Shown here: one piece after another, positions 1 to 7,371 of the stretch | How positions within the stretch are numbered: position 1 is the stretch's first letter | Layout: each line of letters begins with the position of its first letter | DNA from: Myxococcota bacterium | GTDB lineage: Bacteria; Myxococcota_A; UBA9160; PR03 | Direction: 5' to 3' | DNA: 15,341 bases | NCBI GenBank assembly: GCA_041611735.1 | Contig: JBFIML010000065.1 | Location: 1 to 15,341, forward strand | Notes under the pieces: model-generated | Seen by the model: only the letters and a program-made list of their open reading frames with translations | Told to the model about the DNA's origin: nothing | Database searches by the model: none | Program-made: the position numbers and the translations under genes

Positions 1-7
1 CACAGGG

Positions 8-56
8 TGATAGACTGCGGCCCGCCGGCGGCCTGGCACCGGCACCGCAGGGGAGG
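8..56 (+). promoter_or_regulatory. Putative extended -10 promoter (TG-A-TAGACT) and Shine-Dalgarno of the first gene
   Basis: TG at 8-9 and TAGACT at 11-16 resemble an extended -10. GGGGAGG at 50-56 lies 5 nt before GTG 62. Any -35 would be outside the window. Confidence 0.4.
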
Positions 57-61
57 ATCCG

Positions 62-1405
62 GTGGACGGAACCGAGCGACGCCGCACGCTGGTCCTGGGC
101 GCCGCCGGCCGTGACTTCCACAACTTCAACGTCGTCTACCGCGACGACCCGCACACGGAGGTCGTCGCCTTCACCGCGGCGCAGATCCCGGGCATTGCGC
201 GGCGCCGCTATCCGGCCTCCCTGGCGGGGCCCCGCTACCCGGACGGTATCCCCATCGAGGACGAGTCGGAGCTCGAGACGCTGTGCCGGGAGCACCGTGT
301 CCAGCGGGTGGTCTTCGCCTACAGCGACGTGACCCATGGCCACGTCATGCATCTGGCCTCCCGGGCCCTGGCCGCCGGTGCGGACTTCGTGCTGCTCGGC
401 CCGGAGCGCACCATGCTCCGCGCCCGGATCCCGGTGATCGCCATCTCGGCGGTGCGCACCGGCTGCGGCAAGTCGCAGGTCTGCCGCTGGCTCTCCCGCC
501 GGCTGAGCGAGCGCCGGCGGCAGGTCGCGGTGATCCGCCATCCCATGCCCTACGGCGCGCTGGAGCGGCAGGCGGTCCAGCGCTTCGCATCGCCGGCGGA
601 CCTCGACGCAGCCGAGTGCAGCTTGGAGGAGCGCGAGGAGTACGAGCCGCACCTGGCGCTCGGCAACGTGGTGTTCGCCGGGGTGGACTATGCCCGGATC
701 GTGGCCCAGGCCGAGGCGGAGGCGGAGATCATCCTGTGGGACGGCGGCAACAACGACTTTCCCTTCCTGCATCCCGACCTCCACGTGGTGCTGGTGGATC
801 CGCTGCGCCCGGGACACGAGACCACCCACCATCCGGGCGAGGCGGTGCTGCGCATGGCCGACGTGGTCCTGGTCGCCAAGGTGGACGCGGCCGCCGACGC
901 GGACGTCCAGCGCGTCAGCGAGACGGCCCGGCGCCTGGCGCCCCGCGCCACGCTGGTGCGCGGCGCCTCGCCGGTGCGCCTCGACGACCCCCAGGCCGTG
1001 CGGGGTCGGCGCATCCTCGTGGTGGAGGACGGGCCCACCTTGACCCACGGCGGCATGGCCTACGGGGCCGGCTACGTGGCGGCGAGCCGTGCCCAGCCCC
1101 GGGAGATCCTCGACCCGCGCCCCTTCGCGACGCCCGAGATCGCCGCAATCTTCGCGCAGCACCCGCACATCGGTCGCGTGCTCCCGGCGGTCGGCTACGA
1201 CCACGCCCAGCGCGAGGCCCTGCGGCGGACCCTGGAGGCCTCGGACGCCGAGGTCGTGGTGGCTGCCACGCCGGCGGACCTGCGGGCGCTGCTGCGCCTC
1301 CAGAAGCCGGTGGTGCGTGCGCGCTATGAGTTCGCGGAGGTGGAGAAGCCGGGCCTGGGCGGCGTGCTGGACGACTTCCTGGCCCGCATCGGGGCGGGCG
1401 ACTAG
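62..1405 (+). CDS. arcE: COG2403 P-loop 'predicted GTPase' / cyclic 2,3-diphosphoglycerate synthetase-like protein; probable arginine synthetase (ArcE)
   Basis: 447 aa, GTG start with strong SD. Family motifs LGAAGRDFHNFN, FTAAQIP, Walker A region AVRTGCGKS, RHPMPYG, EEREEYE, WDGGNND, EDGPTLTHGGM, VLPAVGY. Carbamate kinase starts 5 nt downstream. The family call is firm; the arginine synthetase function is inferred from family plus context. Confidence 0.8.
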   Translation: MDGTERRRTLVLGAAGRDFHNFNVVYRDDPHTEVVAFTAAQIPGIARRRYPASLAGPRYPDGIPIEDESELETLCREHRVQRVVFAYSDVTHGHVMHLASRALAAGADFVLLGPERTMLRARIPVIAISAVRTGCGKSQVCRWLSRRLSERRRQVAVIRHPMPYGALERQAVQRFASPADLDAAECSLEEREEYEPHLALGNVVFAGVDYARIVAQAEAEAEIILWDGGNNDFPFLHPDLHVVLVDPLRPGHETTHHPGEAVLRMADVVLVAKVDAAADADVQRVSETARRLAPRATLVRGASPVRLDDPQAVRGRRILVVEDGPTLTHGGMAYGAGYVAASRAQPREILDPRPFATPEIAAIFAQHPHIGRVLPAVGYDHAQREALRRTLEASDAEVVVAATPADLRALLRLQKPVVRARYEFAEVEKPGLGGVLDDFLARIGAGD

Positions 1406-1410
1406 TCGGG

Positions 1411-2325
1411 GTGCGCGTCGTGGTGGCACTCGGGGGAAACGCGCTGCTGCGGCGCGGCGAGCCGCCCGAGGCGGAGGTGCAGCGGCGCAACCTGGGGGTG
1501 GCCGCCGACGCGGTGGCCGGGATCGCCCGGGACCACGTGGTGGTAGTGACCCACGGCAACGGACCGCAGGTGGGATTGCTGGCCCTTCAGGCCGAGGCCT
1601 TCGCCCGGGTGCGGCCCTATCCGCTCGACGTGCTCGGCGCCGAGACCGAGGGCATGATCGGCTACCTCCTGGAGCAGGAGCTGCGCAACCGCCTGCCCGA
1701 GCGCCAGGTGGCGACCCTGCTCACCCAGGTGGAGGTGGATCCCGACGACCCGGCCTTCGCACGGCCCAGCAAACCGATCGGGCCGGCCTACGATCGCAAG
1801 ACCGCGGAGCGGCTGGCCGCGGAGCGCGGCTGGGCCGTCGCCGTCGAGGGCGAAGACTGGCGGCGCGTGGTGGCGTCGCCCGAGCCGCGGCGCATCGTGG
1901 AGCTGCCCACCATCCGGCTGCTGGTGGAGGCCGGGGCCCTCGTCGTGTGCGCCGGCGGCGGAGGCATCCCGGTGGTGGCCACCCCGGGCGGCGGCCTGCG
2001 TGGGGTCGAGGCGGTGATCGACAAGGACCGGGCCGCCGCGCTCCTGGCCATGGCCCTGGGCGCCCAGGCGCTCCTGCTGCTCACCGACGTGGACGCGGTC
2101 TACCTGCATTGGAACACCCCGGAGGCCCGGCCCCTGGGGCGCACCACACCCGCCGAGCTGCGGCGGCATGCCTTCGCGCCGGGCTCCATGGGGCCCAAGG
2201 TGGAGGCGGCGTGCGGCTTCGTGGAGGAAACCGGGGGCGTGGCGGGCATCGGCGCCCTCGCCGACGGGCCGCGCATCCTGCGCGGCGAGACGGGCACGCA
2301 GGTCGCGCCGTGCTCTCGGTCCTGA
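1411..2325 (+). CDS. arcC: Carbamate kinase
   Basis: 304 aa. Diagnostic motifs VVALGGNA, THGNGPQVG, PSKPIG, WRRVVASP, GGGGIPV, GVEAVIDKD, LLLTDV, GSMGPKV. Confidence 0.95.
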   Translation: MRVVVALGGNALLRRGEPPEAEVQRRNLGVAADAVAGIARDHVVVVTHGNGPQVGLLALQAEAFARVRPYPLDVLGAETEGMIGYLLEQELRNRLPERQVATLLTQVEVDPDDPAFARPSKPIGPAYDRKTAERLAAERGWAVAVEGEDWRRVVASPEPRRIVELPTIRLLVEAGALVVCAGGGGIPVVATPGGGLRGVEAVIDKDRAAALLAMALGAQALLLLTDVDAVYLHWNTPEARPLGRTTPAELRRHAFAPGSMGPKVEAACGFVEETGGVAGIGALADGPRILRGETGTQVAPCSRS

Positions 2326-3113
2326 CCCTGAACATCGAGCACGACGCCGGCCGCTGGCCGGAGCGCGCCCGCCTGATCCGCAGCTGGATCGACCGCCTGG
2401 CCCCCGATCTCGTCGGGCTCCAGGAGGTGTTGCAGGGCCCGGGCCAGGACCAGGCGGCGGAGCTGCTGGCGGAGGCGGGCTACCACCTGGACTTCGGCGC
2501 GGCCAGCGGGTGGCGGGACGGTCTCGCCTTCGGCAACGCCGTGGGGGCGCGCTGGCCGATCCGCCAGCGCCAGGAGCTGCGCCTGCCCGACGCCGGCGAC
2601 GGAGAGACCCGGGCGGCGCTGGTGGTGGAGGTGGCCTCGCCCTGGGGGCCGCTCTGCTTCGCGAACACCCACTTGAGCTGGCAGCTCCACCACGGCGCCG
2701 TCCGGGAGCGTCAGGTGATGGCGCTGTGCGACCTCGTCCTGCGGCGCCGAACTCGGGACGACTTCCCGCCCGTCCTGGTGGGCGACTTCAACGCGGAGCC
2801 GGACTCCGCGGAGATCCGTTACGTGGCCGGCCTCCAGTCCCTGGACGGGCGCAGCGTCCACTTTCGGGACGCCTGGCGTCACGCCGGCCCGGGAGGGGAT
2901 GGCCGGACGTGGTCGCGCCGGAATCCGTACACGCATCGCTGGCACGAGCCGGAGCGGCGCATCGACTACGTCTTCGTGGGACCGCCCCGGGCAGACGGTG
3001 TGGGCCTGGTCGAGCGCTGCCGCGTGGTGTGCGACGCCCCGGAGGAAGGCGTCTGGCCGTCGGACCACTTCGGGGTCTACGCCGAGCTGCGCACGGAGCG
3101 GGCTCCCGAGTGA
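2310..3113 (+). CDS. Endonuclease/exonuclease/phosphatase (EEP) family protein
   Basis: C-terminal 267 aa of the 1089..3113 ORF, starting at GTG 2310 (VLSVLTLNIE) and overlapping arcC by 16 nt. EEP motifs LTLNI, VGLQEV, FGNAV, NTHLS, VGDFNA, RIDYVF, PSDHFGV. Confidence 0.88.
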   Translation: MLSVLTLNIEHDAGRWPERARLIRSWIDRLAPDLVGLQEVLQGPGQDQAAELLAEAGYHLDFGAASGWRDGLAFGNAVGARWPIRQRQELRLPDAGDGETRAALVVEVASPWGPLCFANTHLSWQLHHGAVRERQVMALCDLVLRRRTRDDFPPVLVGDFNAEPDSAEIRYVAGLQSLDGRSVHFRDAWRHAGPGGDGRTWSRRNPYTHRWHEPERRIDYVFVGPPRADGVGLVERCRVVCDAPEEGVWPSDHFGVYAELRTERAPE

Positions 3114-3201
3114 GCCGCCGGGCCTCGAGCCGACACGCTAAACTGCAGGTCACGATCGACCCGGCCGAGCGGGCCGTCGGTCCTGGGGGGAAAGCCCCTC
3201 G

Positions 3202-3264
3202 TTGACTCCCTTCCCCGGGGTCAAAGCATGGGTCGGGCCGGCCGATGCGAGATCCGAAGGGAGG
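3202..3264 (+). promoter_or_regulatory. PDH operon upstream region: inverted repeat, candidate promoter(s) and Shine-Dalgarno
   Basis: Imperfect inverted repeat TTGACTCC (3202-3209) / GGGGTCAA (3217-3224). CAAA (3222-3225)-N15-GCCGAT (3241-3246) is sigma28-like. AAGGGAGG SD at 3257-3264. Confidence 0.35.
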
Positions 3265-3269
3265 CCGCC

Positions 3270-5948
3270 ATCTCCGAGCAGCCCGACGATCGCGAGCGCG
3301 CCGAACAGGAGCGGGTCGAGACCCGCGAGTGGCTCGAGTCGCTCGACTACGTGATCAAGCACGGGGGGGCGCGCCGCGTGCGGCGCCTGCTGCGCCAGCT
3401 CCAGGTGCGCGCCGCCCAGTTCGGCATCTCACTGCCCTTCACCGCCAACACGCCCTACATCAACACCATCCCGCGGGCCGCCCAGGCGCGCTTCCCGGGC
3501 AATCCGGAGCTCGAGTGGCGCATCCGCAGCCTGGTGCGCTGGAACGCCATGGCGATGGTGGTGCGCGCAAACCGCGAGGCGGACGGCATCGGAGGCCACC
3601 TCTCCACCTTCGCCTCCTGCGCGACCCTGTTCGAGATCGGCTTCAACCACTTCTTCCGCGGCAAGGGGAACGGCGAGGGAGCCGATCAGATCTACTTCCA
3701 GGGGCACGCCGCCCCCGGCGTCTACGCGCGCGCCTTCCTGGAGGGGCGCCTGTCCAGCGAGCAGCTGGAGAACTTCCGGCGCGAGCTGCGCCCGGGCGGC
3801 GGGCTCTCGTCCTACCCGCACCCCTGGCTCATGCCCGGCTTCTGGGAGTTCCCCACCGTCTCCATGGGCCTCTCGCCGATCATGGCCATCTACCAGGCGC
3901 GCTTCAACCGCTACCTGGAGGACCGCGGCCTCGCCACGCAGACCGGCCGCGTGTGGGCCTTCCTGGGCGACGGGGAGCTGGACGAGCCCGAGTCCCTCGG
4001 GGCCGTGAGCCTGGCCGCCCGCGAGCAGCTGGACAACCTGATCTTCGTGATCAACTGCAACCTCCAGCGCCTCGACGGACCGGTGCGCGGCAACGGCAAG
4101 ATCATCCAGGAGCTCGAGGCCGTCTTCCGCGGCGCCGGCTGGAACGTGATCAAGGTGATCTGGGGTAGCAACTGGGATCCGCTCCTGGAGCGCGACGCGG
4201 ACGGTGTCCTCGCCGAACGGATGGAACGGGCGGTGGACGGGGACTACCAGAAGTACAGCGTGGAGAGCGGCGACTACATCCGCCGCCACTTCTTCGGCGC
4301 CGACCCCCGCCTGGAAGCCCTGGCAGCCGATCTCTCCGATGACGAGCTGCGCAAGCTACGCCGCGGCGGCCACGACCCGGACAAGGTGCATGCCGCCTAT
4401 CGCGCCGCCGTGGAGCACCGCGGCGCCCCCACCGTGATCCTGGCCAAGACCATCAAGGGCTACGGGCTTGGCGAAGCGGGAGAAGGCCGCAACGTGAGCC
4501 ATCAGCAGAAGAAGCTCAACGAGGAGGAGCTGCGGCAGTTCCGCTCGCGCTTCGGGATCCCCATCTCCGACGCAGACCTGGCCGGCGTGCCCTTCTACCG
4601 CCCCGCCGAGGACAGCGCGGAGATGCGCTATCTGCGCGAGCGGCGCGAAGCCCTGGGCGGTCCGCTCCCGAAACGGGAGGTGCGGGCGCAACCGCTGGCG
4701 GGCGTCGCGGCGGAACCCTTCCAGGAGTTCCACGGCGGCTCGAACGGGCGCAGCGTGGCCACCACCATGGCCATGGTGCGCCTGCTGGCCAAGCTCATGC
4801 GCGACCCGACCCTCGGGCGCCTGGTGGTCCCCATCATCCCGGACGAGGCGCGCACCTTCGGCATGGACGCGCTCTTCCGGCAGTTCGGGATCTACTCCCA
4901 CGTCGGGCAGCGCTACGAGCCCGTCGACAAGGACACGCTGCTCTACTACAAGGAGGCCAAGGACGGTCAGATCCTGGAGGAGGGCATCACCGAGGCGGGG
5001 GCCATGTCCTCCTTCATCGCCGCGGGCAGCGCCTACGCCACCCACGGCGTGAACACGATCCCGTTCTTCTTCTTCTATTCGATGTTCGGCTTCCAGCGCA
5101 TCGGCGACCTGATCTGGGCGGCCGGGGACATGCGCTGCCGCGGGTTCCTGATCGGCGCCACCGCCGGTCGCACCACCCTGGCCGGCGAAGGGCTACAGCA
5201 TCAGGACGGCCACAGCCACCTGCTCGCCCACCCGCACCCCACGGTCCGGGCCTACGACCCGGCCTTCGCCTACGAGATCGCAGTGATCGTGGAGGAAGGC
5301 ATGCGGCGCATGTTCGTGGAGGGCGAGGACTGCATCTACTACCTCACCGTCGAGAACGAGCTCTACTCCATGCCCGCCATGCCCGAAGCGGCGCGGGAGG
5401 GGATCCTGCGAGGCATGCACCGCCTCGAGGGCGCCAGCGATGCGAAGACCGGGCGCCGAACCACGTTGCTGGCCAGCGGAGCCCTTGTGAACGAGGCGCT
5501 GCGGGCGCGCACGCTCCTGGAGGAGCGCTACGGCGTCGCCACGGACGTCTGGAGCGTCACCAGCTACAAGCAGCTCTACCGCGACGCCCTCGCCGCCGAG
5601 CGCTGGAACCGCCTGCACCCAGGCGACGAGCCCCGGGTGCCGTGGCTGACCCGCTGCCTGGGTGGCGGCGCCGGGGCGGTGGTGGCGGTCTCCGACTACG
5701 TGCAGGCGCTGCCCTACTCGATCGCTCCCTGGGTGCCAGGCCGCTACGTGGCGCTCGGCACCGAGGGCTTCGGGCGCAGCGACGGCCGCCCGGCGCTGCG
5801 CGACTTCTTCGAGGTGGACGCCCGCTACGCGGTGGTGGCGGCGCTCGGCGCCCTGGCCCGGGAGGGCGTCGTCCCCTCCGACGAGGCGCGCCGGGCCATC
5901 AAGGACCTGGAGATCGACCCGGAGAAGGTCGATCCGGCCGTGTCCTAG
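3270..5948 (+). CDS. aceE: Pyruvate dehydrogenase E1, homodimeric AceE type
   Basis: Motifs ETREWLESL, TPYINTIP, RWNAMAMV, GGHLSTFAS, GLSSYPHP, FPTVSMGL, ThDP-binding GDGELDEPES...NCNLQRLDGP, DEARTFGM, EEGITEAG, GEGLQHQDG, GFGRSD. Start placed at ATC 3270 (SD 5 nt upstream, 892 aa); the alternative is the in-frame ATG 3228 (906 aa). Confidence 0.96.
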   Translation: MSEQPDDRERAEQERVETREWLESLDYVIKHGGARRVRRLLRQLQVRAAQFGISLPFTANTPYINTIPRAAQARFPGNPELEWRIRSLVRWNAMAMVVRANREADGIGGHLSTFASCATLFEIGFNHFFRGKGNGEGADQIYFQGHAAPGVYARAFLEGRLSSEQLENFRRELRPGGGLSSYPHPWLMPGFWEFPTVSMGLSPIMAIYQARFNRYLEDRGLATQTGRVWAFLGDGELDEPESLGAVSLAAREQLDNLIFVINCNLQRLDGPVRGNGKIIQELEAVFRGAGWNVIKVIWGSNWDPLLERDADGVLAERMERAVDGDYQKYSVESGDYIRRHFFGADPRLEALAADLSDDELRKLRRGGHDPDKVHAAYRAAVEHRGAPTVILAKTIKGYGLGEAGEGRNVSHQQKKLNEEELRQFRSRFGIPISDADLAGVPFYRPAEDSAEMRYLRERREALGGPLPKREVRAQPLAGVAAEPFQEFHGGSNGRSVATTMAMVRLLAKLMRDPTLGRLVVPIIPDEARTFGMDALFRQFGIYSHVGQRYEPVDKDTLLYYKEAKDGQILEEGITEAGAMSSFIAAGSAYATHGVNTIPFFFFYSMFGFQRIGDLIWAAGDMRCRGFLIGATAGRTTLAGEGLQHQDGHSHLLAHPHPTVRAYDPAFAYEIAVIVEEGMRRMFVEGEDCIYYLTVENELYSMPAMPEAAREGILRGMHRLEGASDAKTGRRTTLLASGALVNEALRARTLLEERYGVATDVWSVTSYKQLYRDALAAERWNRLHPGDEPRVPWLTRCLGGGAGAVVAVSDYVQALPYSIAPWVPGRYVALGTEGFGRSDGRPALRDFFEVDARYAVVAALGALAREGVVPSDEARRAIKDLEIDPEKVDPAVS

Positions 5949-5967
5949 GACGGACGGGAGCGAGGCG

Positions 5968-7365
5968 ATGGAGATCAAGCTGCCGGCGCTGGGCGAGAAC
6001 GTGGAGGAGGCCGAGGTCCTGACCGTGCTCGTGGCGGTGGGCGACTCCATCGAGAAGGACCAGCCGCTCCTCGAGCTGGAGACCGACAAGGCCACGGTCG
6101 AGGTGCCGGCCCCCGCCGCCGGCGTGGTCAAGGCGATCCACGTCCGACCCGGCGATTCGCTCCAGGTGGGCCAGCTGATCCTGGAGCTGGAGGGTGGGGA
6201 GGCCGCCGCTGCCGCGCAGCCGACGCCCGAGGCGGAAGCCGAGGCGCAGCCGGCCCGGGGACTGGAAGCGAGCCGGAAAGAGGCCCACGAAGACCGGACC
6301 GGCGAGGCAGAGGCAGAGCGTCCCACGCCCCGGCGGGCGGCCCTGGCCCCCGGCGAGGAGCCGCGACGCCCGGCAGCCGGACGCGCCGGGTCTTCCCGCC
6401 GCCGCGCGCCGCTGCGAGCCCTCCCCGCGGCGGCCCGCAGCGAGCTCGGCGACCCGGCGCCCGCCTCCCCCGCCGTACGCCGGCTGGCGCGCGAGCTCGG
6501 CGTGGACGTGGACGAGGTGGTCGGTAGCGGGTCCGGCGGAAGCATCTCCCTGGACGACGTCAAGAACCACGTGCGCGACCTCCTGCGCCGCGGGCTCGAC
6601 CACTCCGCCGGCGCCCCGGCGCTGCCCGCGGGCTTCCTGGAGCTGCCGGACTTCACGGCCTTCGGCGAAGTCGAGCGCGAGCCCATGAGCGGCGTCCGGC
6701 GCAAGACCGCCGAGAACATGACCCGCTCCTGGCTCACCATCCCCCACGTCACGCAGTTCGACCGCGCCGACGTCACCGAGCTCGAGCAGGCCCGCAAGCG
6801 CCATGCCCGGCGGGTGGAGGAGGCGGGGGGCAAGCTCACCGTGACGGCCCTCGTGATCAAGATGCTGGGAGCGGCCGTCAAGGTCTTCCCGAAGTTCAAC
6901 GCGAGCCTCGCGGTGGCCAGTGAGGAGATCGTCTACAAGAAGTACGTGAACGTGGGCGTCGCCGTGGACACGGACTACGGTCTGGTGGTCCCGGTGATCC
7001 GCGACGTGGACCGCAAGAACCTGGTCCAGATCGGCACCGAGCTCACCGATCTCTCGGAGCGCGCCCGGCACCGCAAGGTGCGTCCCGAGGAGCTGAAGGG
7101 CGCCAACATGACCGTCACCAACCTGGGCGGCCTCGGCACCACCTACTTCGCGCCGCTCATCAACTGGCCGGAGGTGGCGGTGCTCGGGGTCGGACGTGCG
7201 GGCTGGGAAGCGGTCTGGCGCGACGGCGCCTTCGTGCCGCGGCTGCTGCTGCCGCTCTCGGTCTCCTACGACCACCGGCTGATCGACGGGGCCGACGCGG
7301 CCCGCTTCCTGCGCTGGATCGCGGAGGCCCTGGAGGATCCGCTGCGCCTGGCTCTCGAGGGCTGA
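5968..7365 (+). CDS. aceF: Dihydrolipoamide acetyltransferase E2 with a single lipoyl domain
   Basis: ATG 5968 (MEIKLPALGE), 465 aa. Lipoyl site ETDKA, Ala/Pro/Glu/Arg-rich linker, peripheral-subunit-binding ASPAVRRLARELGVD, catalytic SYDHRLIDGA. Lies between aceE and lpdA. Confidence 0.93.
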   Translation: MEIKLPALGENVEEAEVLTVLVAVGDSIEKDQPLLELETDKATVEVPAPAAGVVKAIHVRPGDSLQVGQLILELEGGEAAAAAQPTPEAEAEAQPARGLEASRKEAHEDRTGEAEAERPTPRRAALAPGEEPRRPAAGRAGSSRRRAPLRALPAAARSELGDPAPASPAVRRLARELGVDVDEVVGSGSGGSISLDDVKNHVRDLLRRGLDHSAGAPALPAGFLELPDFTAFGEVEREPMSGVRRKTAENMTRSWLTIPHVTQFDRADVTELEQARKRHARRVEEAGGKLTVTALVIKMLGAAVKVFPKFNASLAVASEEIVYKKYVNVGVAVDTDYGLVVPVIRDVDRKNLVQIGTELTDLSERARHRKVRPEELKGANMTVTNLGGLGTTYFAPLINWPEVAVLGVGRAGWEAVWRDGAFVPRLLLPLSVSYDHRLIDGADAARFLRWIAEALEDPLRLALEG

Positions 7366-7371
7366 GGCAGC

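Noticed and set aside
33-49. Sigma54-like CTGGCAC...GCA (GG-N10-GC) upstream of arcE
   Set aside because: The -12 element lacks the TT, and the implied start near 60 would exclude the strong SD at 50-56; likely chance in GC-rich DNA.
1089-2309. N-terminal 407 aa of the 674-aa ORF, suggesting a large EEP fusion
   Set aside because: It overlaps arcE and arcC in another frame and is low-complexity; EEP motifs begin only at GTG 2310.
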